A stretch of 62,251 bases of DNA, filler included. It is 6 parts of 6 records of this genome, joined end to end, with 100 filler letters (N's around TTAATTAATTAA, not from the genome) between each part and the next. Parts side by side here need not be neighbours in the genome. Positions count along the whole stretch, not along the records: positions 1 to 13,402 come from SRR31156797_21009; positions 13,503 to 20,193 come from SRR31156797_21020; 4 more parts are not named here. One strand, given 5' to 3'. Below are positions 7,611 through 17,993 of the stretch, piece after piece. The notes below the pieces were generated by a model. The model had not been told where the DNA came from. It did not search any database and was given only the letters and a program-made list of their open reading frames with translations. Positions within the stretch are counted from its first letter, which is position 1, and every line of letters begins with the position of its first letter. A program made the position numbers and the translations under genes.

Positions 7611-7640
7611 ATAACATACCACATTGTGGCAGATTGTCAA
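7611..7640 (-). promoter_or_regulatory. sigma70 promoter of nifU-nifS with a palindrome in the spacer
   Basis: Minus strand TTGACA-atctgccacaatgtgg-TATGTT (16-nt spacer, extended -10 TG); ccaca-a-tgtgg inverted repeat. Confidence 0.55.
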
Positions 7641-7655
7641 CGATGCCCCTGTCAA

Positions 7656-8486
7656 TTATGCGCCGTAGCTGTGAAGGCCGGGCAATAGATTGACTCCGAA
7701 ATAGGTGAAAATCACGGCGCCGAACCCTATAATGGAGAGAAACGCGATCCGTTTTCCCTGCCAGCCCCGCATGAGCCGGGCATGGAGCAGGGTGGCATAG
7801 ACAAACCAGGTGATCAGGGACCAGGTCTCCTTGGGGTCCCAGCCCCAGTACCTGCCCCAGGCGGAGTTGGCCCAGACCGCCCCGGTGACGATGCCCATGG
7901 TGAGAAACAGAAAGCCGAGCATCACCATCTGATGGGTCAGCTCATCGATGGTTTCAAGCTTTGGAAGGGCCTGGAGCAGGCGGCCCTTCCCCCCCTTTTC
8001 CTTGAGCAGAAAGATGATGGCAAAGGCAAAGGCCAGGGCAAAGGCCGCATACCCCACAAAGCAGGTCATCACATGCACGGACAGCCAGTTGCTCTTGAGG
8101 GCGGGCATGAGGGGCCTTATCTGACTCCCCACGTTCGGGGACAGGGACGCATAGGCCAGGCACAGGAAGCCCAGGGGCAGGACAAAGGCCCCAAGGGTCC
8201 GGTTCTTGTGCCGGAATTCGATGAACAGATAGAGCACCACGATGGCCAGGGCATAGAACACCAGGGATTCATACAGGTTTGAAAGGGGAATTCGGCCAAA
8301 ACCGGCTTGATAGGACTCCGCCCATCTCAGGAGGAATCCCCCAAGGTTACCCATGACGCCGGAAATGGCGGCCCACTGGGCAATCTTCCCCGGCAGGGGC
8401 TTTCGGAAAATCCATGCCGCTATATATAGAAACCCGGCCAGCCCGTATACAAATGTGGTTACAGATAAAATCAGTGAAGAGTTCAT
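7656..8486 (-). CDS. resC: system II cytochrome c biogenesis protein, WWD subunit (CcsA/ResC)
   Basis: PLSNLYESL, WLSVHV, GAVWANSAWGRYWGWDPKETWSLITW, C-terminal GLHSY. Confidence 0.93.
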   Translation of the reverse strand: MNSSLILSVTTFVYGLAGFLYIAAWIFRKPLPGKIAQWAAISGVMGNLGGFLLRWAESYQAGFGRIPLSNLYESLVFYALAIVVLYLFIEFRHKNRTLGAFVLPLGFLCLAYASLSPNVGSQIRPLMPALKSNWLSVHVMTCFVGYAAFALAFAFAIIFLLKEKGGKGRLLQALPKLETIDELTHQMVMLGFLFLTMGIVTGAVWANSAWGRYWGWDPKETWSLITWFVYATLLHARLMRGWQGKRIAFLSIIGFGAVIFTYFGVNLLPGLHSYGA

Positions 8487-8488
8487 GA

Positions 8489-9844
8489 TTATTCCTTTGC
8501 TTTAAAAATTGCCGTCATCTCTTTGATCCTGTTTTTCATGCCGACTTTGTTCCGGGTGGAAGCCCCCGACACGGTGACACGGGTGCCCGCGGGATCCTCC
8601 TGGACCTGGATGAACATCTTGTTGTGGGACATGAAAAAGGAGATGATGCACCCTGCGATCAGCAGAATAAAACCGGTATACACCAGCCAGACCCCCGGAT
8701 CTTTCTTTACCGAAAGTCCCGTGTAGAACCGTTTTTCCTGGGGGGCGACATTGATGACCCACTCCCCCTTTCTCATTTTGTCATAGGAGGGAAAGCGGGC
8801 GGGCAGTATCACTTTTAAGGGCTCTTTGCCCTCTTCGGTGATCTCGCACACATAGGCCTCCCCCACATTCTGGCCCATGAGGGTGTGGTTGTCCGCAATT
8901 TTTTTCAGGGTCAGCTTCCTGTCACTCCCGGGGAAGGGAACAGTCTTGCCCACGGATATGTCCATCTGCGCTTTCTCGCCGGTGGCCCGGTGGGTGAAAT
9001 TGAGCTTTTGCTTTTTGGCCCTCAGGTTGCCGTAGCTCGACTGATAGATGGTGAACCCCTTGTACTTCAAGGGATCGTTTACGATGATATCTTTCTTTGA
9101 CATCGGTTTCCCGTTTTCCAGGATTTCCAGGCTCGACCGGAACTCTTTGACGGAACCGGTCTTGTAGTAGCTGATGCTGAAGGCGTTACATTGGATTTTG
9201 AAATCAAGGGGGAGTGGGATGCCGCTGTTTCTCAGGCGGATGGTCCCGGCCGCTTCCCCCTCGGGAATGTTCACATGGCCGTCAATGCCGAAGAGGGACC
9301 CCAGGAGGGCGCCAAACAGTAACACAATGATACTCAAGTGGATGGCGTAGAACCCCAGGCGGGTCCAGGCCCCTTTTTCGGCAAACGCGGAAAAACCGGT
9401 GTCATCCTCCCGGATATGGACGGTTCCAAAGGTGCGGGACAGATGGGTTTTCACAACGTCCTTCAGCCCATGGGCAGGTTCGTCACAGGTGACCTCTTCC
9501 CGGATGGGGAGTTTCCTGAAGGCCGGCGTTCTCCTGAACACCATTTTGAGAGTAGGGGAGAGCCGTTTCAGGGAACAGGCCAGGATATTGACCGCAAGGA
9601 GGAGGATCAGCAGCCGGTACCACCAGGAGCCGTACATGTTGAACAGGTCAAATACATTGAAGAACCGGAAGAAGAACTCACCGTAGCTGTTGATGTAATC
9701 CGCCGGATGCTGGTTCTGGGGAATCAGGGTGCCGAAAATGGAGGTGAATGCCAGCAGTGTCAGGGTTGCCACCGTCAGCTTGACCGATACGAAAAAATCC
9801 CAGGCGTGGCCGGCAAGGCCGCCGGGCCGTGAATTGGTTTTCAT
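8489..9844 (-). CDS. resB: system II cytochrome c biogenesis protein ResB/CcsB
   Basis: GTLIPQ, YGSWWY, HLSII, VNDPLKYKG..IYQSSY, YTGLSVKKDPG. Confidence 0.92.
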   Translation of the reverse strand: MKTNSRPGGLAGHAWDFFVSVKLTVATLTLLAFTSIFGTLIPQNQHPADYINSYGEFFFRFFNVFDLFNMYGSWWYRLLILLLAVNILACSLKRLSPTLKMVFRRTPAFRKLPIREEVTCDEPAHGLKDVVKTHLSRTFGTVHIREDDTGFSAFAEKGAWTRLGFYAIHLSIIVLLFGALLGSLFGIDGHVNIPEGEAAGTIRLRNSGIPLPLDFKIQCNAFSISYYKTGSVKEFRSSLEILENGKPMSKKDIIVNDPLKYKGFTIYQSSYGNLRAKKQKLNFTHRATGEKAQMDISVGKTVPFPGSDRKLTLKKIADNHTLMGQNVGEAYVCEITEEGKEPLKVILPARFPSYDKMRKGEWVINVAPQEKRFYTGLSVKKDPGVWLVYTGFILLIAGCIISFFMSHNKMFIQVQEDPAGTRVTVSGASTRNKVGMKNRIKEMTAIFKAKE

Positions 9845-9857
9845 TGTCTCTCCTGTT

Positions 9858-10445
9858 CTATTTGTCCGTATGATCCCGGTAATGGGTGATCATCTCTTCC
9901 AGGGTCTGGTCCTTGGAAAACATGGCCAGGGGATTGATCCGGAGCAGTTCTTCCCAGACCCGGATCGCCTTTTCCCGGTCATTCATGTCATTGGCAAGGA
10001 CGATGCCCTTGTTTAGAAAGGCGGGTTGAAATGCCGGGTCCTGGGCCAGGGCACGGTCAAAGGTTTTGATGGCCATTTCCGGCTGTCCTGTCATCCGGTA
10101 CATCACGGCCAGGTCGGTGATGACGGCGGGATTCTCCCCCCCTGTATCAAGGGCCTTGGAATAGGCGTGGATCGCCTTTTGGTACTGGTCCGTGTCATAG
10201 TAGATGTTGCCAAGTTTTGTCCAGGCCGCCGTGTCCGCCGGATCTGCCTCGACCCTGGATACCAGCGCCGCCGTCATGGCGGCAAGATCGCCCTCCCGGG
10301 CCTGGCCGGACGCAGTAGGCCCGGATGATCCTGTCTTGAAAACAGCCGTACCGGCGCCGCCGATGAAGCCCAGCACAAAAATGATCACCGCGAAAATCAT
10401 TGCAGCCGACCGGGTCAATAGTATCTGATCCTTTTTCTCAGCCAT
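9858..10445 (-). CDS. membrane-anchored TPR protein (cytochrome c biogenesis-associated)
   Basis: N-terminal TM helix; TPRs (AWTKLGNIYYD..., AFLNKGIVL...); first gene of the resB-resC unit. Confidence 0.85.
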   Translation of the reverse strand: MAEKKDQILLTRSAAMIFAVIIFVLGFIGGAGTAVFKTGSSGPTASGQAREGDLAAMTAALVSRVEADPADTAAWTKLGNIYYDTDQYQKAIHAYSKALDTGGENPAVITDLAVMYRMTGQPEMAIKTFDRALAQDPAFQPAFLNKGIVLANDMNDREKAIRVWEELLRINPLAMFSKDQTLEEMITHYRDHTDK

Positions 10446-10727
10446 TTATTCCCCTTGTCCCATAAGGTTTTCAGTTATCTTCAATTTTTGGGCAGACCGG
10501 GCGTTGGCCTTCAATTCCCTGCCTGCGGATTCAAACTTACCAGGATTTATATATGGGAAAAATTACACCAGTCTTTCAGGAACATTACAATTTGGAAATG
10601 TTTGCCCCATGGGTTGACATTGTCCGATTTGGCTTACAATATGAATGATCTTTTCAAAATGGGCCGTTGGACCGTTTGAATGGATGAACTGTTTGCAGAT
10701 ACCACTTTTTCCAAGGATATGGGGTTT

Positions 10728-11405
10728 ATGAAATTGTTGATTATCGAGGATGACCGGGAGATCGCCGGGTTCATCAAAAAGGGATTCACCCAGGAGGGGT
10801 TTGTGGTGGACCATGCCGCGGACGGCGAGGAGGGCCTGGCCCTGGCCCTGGTGGAATCCTACGATGCCGCAGTGATCGATCTCATGCTGCCGAAACTGAG
10901 CGGGCTGTCCGTGATCGAGACCTTGAGAAAGCGGCAGATCAATCTGCCGGTGCTGATCCTGAGCGCCAGGCGCTCGGTGGACGACCGGGTCCGGGGCATC
11001 CAGCGGGGAGGGGATGATTATCTGGTGAAGCCCTTTGCCTTTTCCGAGCTGCTGGTGAGGGTGCAGGCCCTGATTCGCAGGTCCAGCGGCACCACCGAGC
11101 CGTCGGGGCTGTCCGTGGGGGATCTCTCCCTGGATCTGTTGACCCGGGAGGTGGTTAGAAACGGTGTATCCATTGATCTGCAGCCCCGGGAGTTCGCCCT
11201 GCTCGAATATATGATGCGGAACGTGGACCGCCCGGTGTCCAAGACCATGATTCTGGAAAAAATCTGGGATTTTCACTTCGATCCACAGACCAATGTGGTG
11301 GACGTGCTGGTCTGCCGGTTGAGAAACAAGGTGGATAAGGGGTTTTCCGAGAAACTGATTCACACCATCCGCGGGCTGGGGTATGTGCTTAAAACAGGGG
11401 CTTAA
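10728..11405 (+). CDS. OmpR-family response regulator (CusR/CzcR-like)
   Basis: MKLLIIEDD, DLMLP, DDYLVKPF, winged helix TNVVDVLVCRLRNKVD...IHTIRGLGY. Confidence 0.93.
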   Translation: MKLLIIEDDREIAGFIKKGFTQEGFVVDHAADGEEGLALALVESYDAAVIDLMLPKLSGLSVIETLRKRQINLPVLILSARRSVDDRVRGIQRGGDDYLVKPFAFSELLVRVQALIRRSSGTTEPSGLSVGDLSLDLLTREVVRNGVSIDLQPREFALLEYMMRNVDRPVSKTMILEKIWDFHFDPQTNVVDVLVCRLRNKVDKGFSEKLIHTIRGLGYVLKTGA

Positions 11406-12843
11406 ACTGAAAAAACGATTGAAAAAGGTCCGGTTGCCTCAAACCATCGGTTTCAAGGTGGCCCTCTGGTACGCCGGTTTCTTTATCCTGAGTTCGGCCC
11501 TGCTGTTTCTTTTTGCGTATTATTATCTTTCCTCCACCCTGGTGGAGCAGGACCGTGAAGAGATCCTGCAGGAGCTGACCGAGATCTCCTCCTTTTATGA
11601 GCTCGGCGGCATCCATGCCCTTGATGCGTTTTTGCAGGGTACCACCACTACCCGCAGGTCAAAACCGCTGTTTTTGCGGATTGCCAACTCGAAAAATGAA
11701 ACCATCCATCTGTTTTCACCCGGGATGTGGGAGGACTTCAACTATTCCCTGTTGGAGACAAATAACTTTTGCAGCGCCAAGTGCAGCCGGACCTGGATCC
11801 AGATCTCCTCTTACAACGGGGAGTATGTGCTGGACATCAAATCCACCTTCCTGAGCCGGGGACACTGGGTTCAGCTGGGGATGAGCAGCCAGGGCAGGGA
11901 AACGGTGCTCCGGCAGTTTCACAGGATCTTCCTGGTGGTGATGGTGCCCCTGTTTATACTGGGGCTTGGCGGCGGGATCTTTCTTTCCAGGCGAACCCTC
12001 CAGCCCCTGCGGCATATGATCCGTACGGTCCGGTCCATCGATATCGGCAAGGAGACGGCCACGGTGCCCCGCACCATGACCGGGGATGAGCTGGATGAAC
12101 TGGCCGGCCTTTTCAACGGGATGCTGGGTAATATTCACCGGCTGGTGGCCGGCATGAAAGACTCCCTGGATAACGTGGCCCATGACCTGAGAACCCCCAT
12201 GACCCGCCTGAGGAATATCTCGGAGATGGCCCTGCGGGAAAAGGATGATGTGCCCCTGTTGCGGGCGGCCCTTGAAAAGGGGATCGAGGAGTCGGACACC
12301 ATTCTCCGGATGCTGAACACTTTGATGGACATATCCGAAGCAGAGACCGGGTCCATGAATCTCCAGATCCGGCGGGCCAATGTTTCGGACCTGGTGGCCA
12401 ATATTGCCGATATGTACCAGTTTGTCGCGGAAGAGAAGGGGCTTTCCCTTCAGCTCTCGGTGGCGGAAGGGTTGTGGGCGGAGGTGGATGCCGGCCGCAT
12501 CAGCCAGGCCCTGGCAAACATCGTTGACAATGCCATCAAGTTCACCCCTGCCGGCGGCACCATTACCCTGGAAGCCTTTGGGGCCGACACCCATGTGATC
12601 ATCAAAACCCGTGATACCGGCCCGGGCATTGCCCCGGAGGATCTTTCCCGGATCTTCCGGCGGCTCTACCGGGCGGATGCGAGCCGCAGCGAAAAGGGGC
12701 TCGGCCTGGGGCTCAGCCTGGTCAGGGGAATCATCAATGCCCATAATGGCAGTATCCAGGTGGAAAGCACCCCCGGGGAGGGAGCCGTGTTTGAGATCCA
12801 TCTGCAAAAGTCCTCCCCACCGGCACCCGTAAAAAGGGGGTGA
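11383..12843 (+). CDS. HAMP-domain sensor histidine kinase
   Basis: Two TM helices, HAMP, H-box AHDLRTPM, N-box DNAIKF, DTGPGI, GLGLGLS. Exact start uncertain. Confidence 0.92.
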   Translation: MCLKQGLKLKKRLKKVRLPQTIGFKVALWYAGFFILSSALLFLFAYYYLSSTLVEQDREEILQELTEISSFYELGGIHALDAFLQGTTTTRRSKPLFLRIANSKNETIHLFSPGMWEDFNYSLLETNNFCSAKCSRTWIQISSYNGEYVLDIKSTFLSRGHWVQLGMSSQGRETVLRQFHRIFLVVMVPLFILGLGGGIFLSRRTLQPLRHMIRTVRSIDIGKETATVPRTMTGDELDELAGLFNGMLGNIHRLVAGMKDSLDNVAHDLRTPMTRLRNISEMALREKDDVPLLRAALEKGIEESDTILRMLNTLMDISEAETGSMNLQIRRANVSDLVANIADMYQFVAEEKGLSLQLSVAEGLWAEVDAGRISQALANIVDNAIKFTPAGGTITLEAFGADTHVIIKTRDTGPGIAPEDLSRIFRRLYRADASRSEKGLGLGLSLVRGIINAHNGSIQVESTPGEGAVFEIHLQKSSPPAPVKRG

Positions 12844-13062
12844 CGACGGTTCGCCCCTCCCCTGAATGGGGCTTGAAAAAAGTGAATTCGCCCTTGACAT
12901 GGGGGCCCAATCAACGAATACTCGAACACAGGTGGTAACGATTTAAGCTGGTCGATTTTTTCCCGGTTGCGATAACCCCACGGACCTTTGAAACACGGCA
13001 TTTCCCCGGCGGATGACCCTGGGCGGGGAGGGACCCATGGCGTTATATGAAGGAGGTGCAGC

Positions 13063-13402
13063 ATGGAAAAACACTCAGATCCCATTGCCAGGCTGGAGAC
13101 GCTGCAGCCGGTGAAAAAGCTGCTGGAGGAGCTCAGGGCCGGTCTGTTCGGTTACTGGGAGCTTGCGGACAGCGTCCTTGGACAGGGCGGTGTCACCCTC
13201 AAGGTTCCCAGGGAAGCGTATTTTTCCCTGGAAAGGAATTTTTTCTCGTTATTGTTTCTTTATTCCTTTTACCGGGCCGGGATTCCCAAAAAACGCCGTA
13301 TCCTGTACGCGTCCACCCTCCAGTGCCTCCGGGGCATGGTCACCGGGTGTGACAACCTGCTGGAAGATGAATATAAAAAGACCCTGGACACGGATATTCC
13401 GG
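13063..13402 (+). CDS. hypothetical protein, 3' truncated
   Basis: Strong RBS GGAGG; helical sequence with acidic GCDNLLEDEY motif; runs into the spacer. Confidence 0.7.
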
Positions 13403-13502
13403 NNNNNNNNNNNNNNNNNNNNNNNNNNNNNNNNNNNNNNNNNNNNTTAATTAATTAANNNNNNNNNNNNNNNNNNNNNNNNNNNNNNNNNNNNNNNNNN
13501 NN
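13403..13502. other. artificial contig spacer
   Basis: 44 N + TTAATTAATTAA (stops in all frames) + 44 N; abrupt composition change across it. Confidence 0.99.
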
Positions 13503-14450
13503 TTTTAAAAATCCACTTGGTTTTTTAGGAACTATTCCTTCTACTGATTTTACTAAAGCTTCAATATGCTCAGGAGTTGTACCACAACAACCACCTAAGA
13601 AAGATACTCCATTAAAGTCTAAAAACTCTTTTGTTAGTTCTGTAAACTCTTTTGGTTGCATTGGATAATAAGTTTGTCCACCTCTATTTTGAGGAAGACC
13701 TGCATTTGAGTGAACAGAAATTGGAAACTTACATACTTCACTTAAAGTTTTTACATGCTTATGTACTTGTTTTGGTCCAGTACCACAGTTAAACCCTAAA
13801 GATAAAATATTAAATGGCTCCATAATAGCTGCAATTGTCATCGCATCTGTTCCTATAAGCATAGTACCACTAAGCTCAATTGTTACAGATACCATAATAG
13901 GAATTTCTGGTGCTACTGCTTTTAGAGCATGAAGTCCAGCTTTGATTTGTAAAGGGTCTTGGCAAGTTTCAAGTAAAAACACATCTGTTCCACCATCAAC
14001 TAAACCTTGTGCCATGATTTTATAACCTTCAAACATCTCATCATATGTGATATGCCCTAAAGAAGGAAGCTTTGTTCCAGGTCCAATAGAACCTAATACA
14101 AATCTTGGTTTCTCAGGAGTTGAATACTTATCACAAGACTTTTTAACAAGCTCAGCCCCAAGTCGTGAAAGCTCATATGAAGTTTGTGGAATATCATACT
14201 CATCTAAAACCCATGGCATAGAACCAAAAGTATTTGTAGTAATAAAGTCAGCTCCAGATTTTGCGTAAGCATCATGGATACCTTCTAAAACATGAGGTGC
14301 AGTTAAATTTAAAAGCTCATTACAACCTTCTAAATTAATCCCTTCATGTAACCAGTACTCATCTTTGATATCTGCTATTTGAAGTTGTGTCCCCATAGCT
14401 CCATCAATAATTATAACTTTTTCTTCTATTAGTTTTTTTATGTCTATCAT
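13503..14450 (-). CDS. metH: B12-dependent methionine synthase, N-terminal homocysteine-binding domain (3' truncated)
   Basis: DGAMGTQLQ, TNTFG, GPGTKLPSLG, LETCQD, GFNCGTGP, SNAGLP, GGCCGTTPEHI. Confidence 0.93.
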
Positions 14451-14561
14451 TTTTTCTTATTATCTTTGTTTTTTTGGTTTATAAATAGTAGATAGTGTAT
14501 TTAAATTATGGTTAAAAAGTTGTTAAGCAATAAAAGTAAAAAAGAAATGCAACTTAGTTGT

Positions 14562-14587
14562 AAAAAAGTAGAGCAACGCCCTACTTT
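14562..14587 (-). terminator. rho-independent terminator after the TonB-dependent receptor
   Basis: Minus strand agtagggc-gtt-gctctact followed by a T-run. Confidence 0.8.
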
Positions 14588-14594
14588 CTTAGTT

Positions 14595-16940
14595 TTAGAA
14601 TTTGTAATTTAGACTTAAACTAAATACTCTTGGCTCTCCTGATGATATATGTCCCCATTGAGAAGCACCTTCATAATAAGCTTTATTTGTCACATTATCC
14701 ACATCAAACATAACAGTTAAATCATTTCCATTATATTTAGTTTCATACTTTAATCCCATATCCCATCTTGTCCAAGAAGGAAGCTTTACAGTTGAACCAT
14801 CTCTTACATATTGTTCATCACTATAAATTAAATAGTTTCCAAAAGATAAGCCTTTTACAAAAGGAACATCAACATCAAGTCCTATATTTGCTAAAAGCTC
14901 TGGAGCACCACCTACCTCATCATTTGCATAAGTTTGTTCAGTCTCTTTAATTTTTGTTTTCATATATGTTAATGCAGAAGAGAATCTAACTGTCTCAGTT
15001 AATTTTCCAAAAGCAGAAATCTCAATACCTCTGTGTTGCAACTTCATAGTTGAAGCATAAGTATTATCAGCTCCTGATTCACCTTTTTTTCTTTCCATAT
15101 CAAATAAAGCTAAAGAGTAATCAATATTATTGTAGTTGTATTTTGCACCTACTTCTATTTGAGTTGTCTTATATGGCTTTAAAGATTCACCTTCATTAGT
15201 ACTTCCAGAAGGAGCATTTTGTCCTGCACTTAAGCCTTGTGAATAGTTTGCATATAAACTTAAATCATCAAGAGGTTTATAAACAAGTCCAACAAAAGGA
15301 GAAATCCTTGAATCATCATAATGGCTTGTTTTATCACCAGAAGTATTATAATTTATAGATTCTACATTTTGATATCTTCCTCCAAAAGTAAATCTAATAT
15401 CTTCTGCTTCATTTGAAATAGTATCTGAGATAGCAAAAGACTCTAAAATAGTATCTGTTCTTTTTTCATCAGGTAAAGTTAAATCAACTTTTGAAATCTT
15501 TGTAGGATTATAAATATTACTATCATAATTTGTTGAATCTGTATTTACTCTAGTTTTAACTTTCCCCTCATAAGAAGATGCATCAAAATTAATTCTATGA
15601 TTTAAACTTCCTGTTTTGAATGATGTGTTTGCTTTTATTCCATATGTAAACCTTGAAACATCAAATGTCCCTTTACTAAACTTTGTTTTTACATCACCAT
15701 TTGAGTTTTGAAGGACTGCTCCTTTTTGAAATAATCTATCCACATCAGATTGTCCACCACCTAAATAAAAACCAACTTGAATATCTTCGTTAAAAAAGTA
15801 ATCAAACTTATATAAAGCTAGATTTTCATCCGCCTTTGAATATTCCCAATCTTGAGCTAAGTTAAAATCATTATCAGGTGCACTTGCTAAATCTACTCCA
15901 TCAGCTATATACAATCTTCTAAAAGGAGCATCAATATTTTCAAAAGTTGAAATATAATCTAAACTTGTGATAAAGTTGTCAGCTATATAGTCAAGACTTA
16001 AAGACCCACTAAATGCTTCACTCTCTAAATTATCAATTACAGAGTCACCATTGTCATAGGCTAAATTTAGCCTTGCACCAAATTGCTTATCTTCTCCAAA
16101 TCTTCTTGAGATATCAGTTGCAATTCCTGGTCTTGAATCATTTGTATATCTTAACTCAATCTCATTTGAGTCTTTATATGCTCTTTTAGGAACTAAGTTT
16201 ATAGCTCCACCTGTATTTCCTTTTGGAGACATTCCAAAAAGAATTGTACTTGGTCCTTTTACAACAGATACTGCATCAAAAAGATCAGTGGGCACTTTGT
16301 AGTTTGGAGCTACACCATATATACCATCAAAAGCATATTCACCTTGATTCCAATCTCCTAAAGGAACACCTCTTAAATAAAATGATTCAGCATTATCTCC
16401 ATATGCTCCTGAGCTTCGTACAGAAGAGTCTTGAGTAATCAAATCACTTAATTGTCTAGCTTGATTATTTTTAATACTATCTTTAGTAAAAGTAACCACT
16501 GACATTGGAACATCTTTTATATTTGACTCACCAAATAATCCTAGATTTGCATCACTTGAAAAGTTTTTATTAGCCATTTTAGTTTGTAGGCTTTCAGTTA
16601 CATTTACTTCACCTAGATTATCAGACTCTTTTGAAGAGGTGTTACTCTTTTTTTCTTTGATGATAATTGTATTTTTATTTAAAACTGCTTCTAAACCTGT
16701 TCCTACTAGAAGTTCTTCTAATGCTTTTTCTAACTCTTTTACATCGTTAATATCATTTACTTTTCGTGACTCTAAAAGCTTATCTTTTGCAATATATGAC
16801 AATTTAGATTTTTTTGATATAATCTCTAATGCCTCTTTTAAAGTTTTATCTTTTATGGTGTACGACTCTTGGGCAAAAAGATTTACACTTAAAAGTAAAG
16901 CTAAACTTGGGGCAACTAACGAACTTTTCAGTAGCTTCAT
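14595..16940 (-). CDS. TonB-dependent siderophore-type receptor with N-terminal signalling (STN) extension
   Basis: Signal peptide, STN-like domain, plug motifs (VVKGPSTILFG...GGAINLVPKRA), C-terminal box NVTNKAYY...LNYKF. Confidence 0.93.
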   Translation of the reverse strand: MKLLKSSLVAPSLALLLSVNLFAQESYTIKDKTLKEALEIISKKSKLSYIAKDKLLESRKVNDINDVKELEKALEELLVGTGLEAVLNKNTIIIKEKKSNTSSKESDNLGEVNVTESLQTKMANKNFSSDANLGLFGESNIKDVPMSVVTFTKDSIKNNQARQLSDLITQDSSVRSSGAYGDNAESFYLRGVPLGDWNQGEYAFDGIYGVAPNYKVPTDLFDAVSVVKGPSTILFGMSPKGNTGGAINLVPKRAYKDSNEIELRYTNDSRPGIATDISRRFGEDKQFGARLNLAYDNGDSVIDNLESEAFSGSLSLDYIADNFITSLDYISTFENIDAPFRRLYIADGVDLASAPDNDFNLAQDWEYSKADENLALYKFDYFFNEDIQVGFYLGGGQSDVDRLFQKGAVLQNSNGDVKTKFSKGTFDVSRFTYGIKANTSFKTGSLNHRINFDASSYEGKVKTRVNTDSTNYDSNIYNPTKISKVDLTLPDEKRTDTILESFAISDTISNEAEDIRFTFGGRYQNVESINYNTSGDKTSHYDDSRISPFVGLVYKPLDDLSLYANYSQGLSAGQNAPSGSTNEGESLKPYKTTQIEVGAKYNYNNIDYSLALFDMERKKGESGADNTYASTMKLQHRGIEISAFGKLTETVRFSSALTYMKTKIKETEQTYANDEVGGAPELLANIGLDVDVPFVKGLSFGNYLIYSDEQYVRDGSTVKLPSWTRWDMGLKYETKYNGNDLTVMFDVDNVTNKAYYEGASQWGHISSGEPRVFSLSLNYKF

Positions 16941-16966
16941 TTTTTTCCTTTTTTCTTTTATGATTT

Positions 16967-16981
16967 TGAGAACTATTATCT
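16967..16981. promoter_or_regulatory. probable Fur box upstream of the receptor
   Basis: tgagaac-t-attatct; 3 mismatches to the 7-1-7 TGATAATnATTATCA consensus. Confidence 0.55.
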
Positions 16982-17027
16982 CTAATACATTAAACGAATA
17001 AGATTTGAAAAACGGACAGAATATTTT

Positions 17028-17993
17028 TTATTTTTTTGATATTTTTAAAACTTCTTCTTTTTCTTCTATTTTAAGAGAATACAAAAGCTTTATAGAATCA
17101 AGGAAATCATCAAAATGTTTTGTAGAAAACTTCCCTGAAATTTTTAATTGTGAGATTTCATAAGAGTCAAACTCTACTTTTTTATTAACATATCTTTGGA
17201 AAAAAGATGTAGCATCTTTTAAACTATTATTTTCTAAATATATAAAATCATTTTTCCAACTAGCTATTTGAGTTAAATCTGCCCTACTAAAATCTAGAAT
17301 ATTTCCTTTGTTATCTAAAGAAAAACTTTCCTCTTTTTTTAATTGAATTAAGTCTTTTTTCTTTTTTAAATCAGAGATATGACTTACTTTAACCACTCCA
17401 CTAAGAACCTTTACAGTTACTTTTTCATCTAAATTTATAACCTCAAACTTTGTTCCTAAAACCTCAATCTCTGCATTTTTCATTCTAATAATAAATGGTC
17501 TAGTTTTATCCTTTGATACAAAAAACAAAGCCTTACCTTCTTGAAAGTCAACAACTCTTTTATCTTTATAGTATTCAACTTTTAGTTTAGATTTTACGTC
17601 TAAATCTATCAAAGAGTTATCCTCTAATGCAATATTTAATATCTTTTCATTTTTACTAATAAACTCTTTAGAAAAGAGTACTCTATTACTCTCTTGCAAA
17701 AAGAAAAATGATAAGAACACTAAGGCTACTATAGATGCAGCAAGATATTTACTTTTTTGAAATATATTTATTTCTTTATGCTCTTCATTAAACTCACTAC
17801 AAAGCTCATCTATAAACTTATCATCCAAACTTTTACAGTCAAAAAGAAGCTTTTTATTTTCATCATATGATTTTTTGTGGGTTTTATTTTCCAACCAGAC
17901 CTTTAAGTCATTTTTTTCTTTTTTATTTAAGCCTTCTTTCTCTTTTATTATCCAAGCTATTGCTTTTTTATCTATCTCTTCTAATAAATCCAT
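17028..17993 (-). CDS. fecR: FecR-family anti-sigma/sensor
   Basis: AIAWII N-terminal domain, one TM helix, LEDNSLIDL, G.ALFFVSKDKTRPF, VLGTKFEV, SWKND. Confidence 0.9.
   Translation of the reverse strand: MDLLEEIDKKAIAWIIKEKEGLNKKEKNDLKVWLENKTHKKSYDENKKLLFDCKSLDDKFIDELCSEFNEEHKEINIFQKSKYLAASIVALVFLSFFFLQESNRVLFSKEFISKNEKILNIALEDNSLIDLDVKSKLKVEYYKDKRVVDFQEGKALFFVSKDKTRPFIIRMKNAEIEVLGTKFEVINLDEKVTVKVLSGVVKVSHISDLKKKKDLIQLKKEESFSLDNKGNILDFSRADLTQIASWKNDFIYLENNSLKDATSFFQRYVNKKVEFDSYEISQLKISGKFSTKHFDDFLDSIKLLYSLKIEEKEEVLKISKK

Noticed and set aside
12844-13062. Structured leader or riboswitch before the 13063 ORF
   Set aside because: Only weak GC-rich pairing and no family consensus that I can recognise; an Rfam scan would be needed.
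14451-14594. Cobalamin or SAM riboswitch upstream of metH
   Set aside because: The gap is short and AT-rich, holds only a terminator, and shows no riboswitch core motifs.
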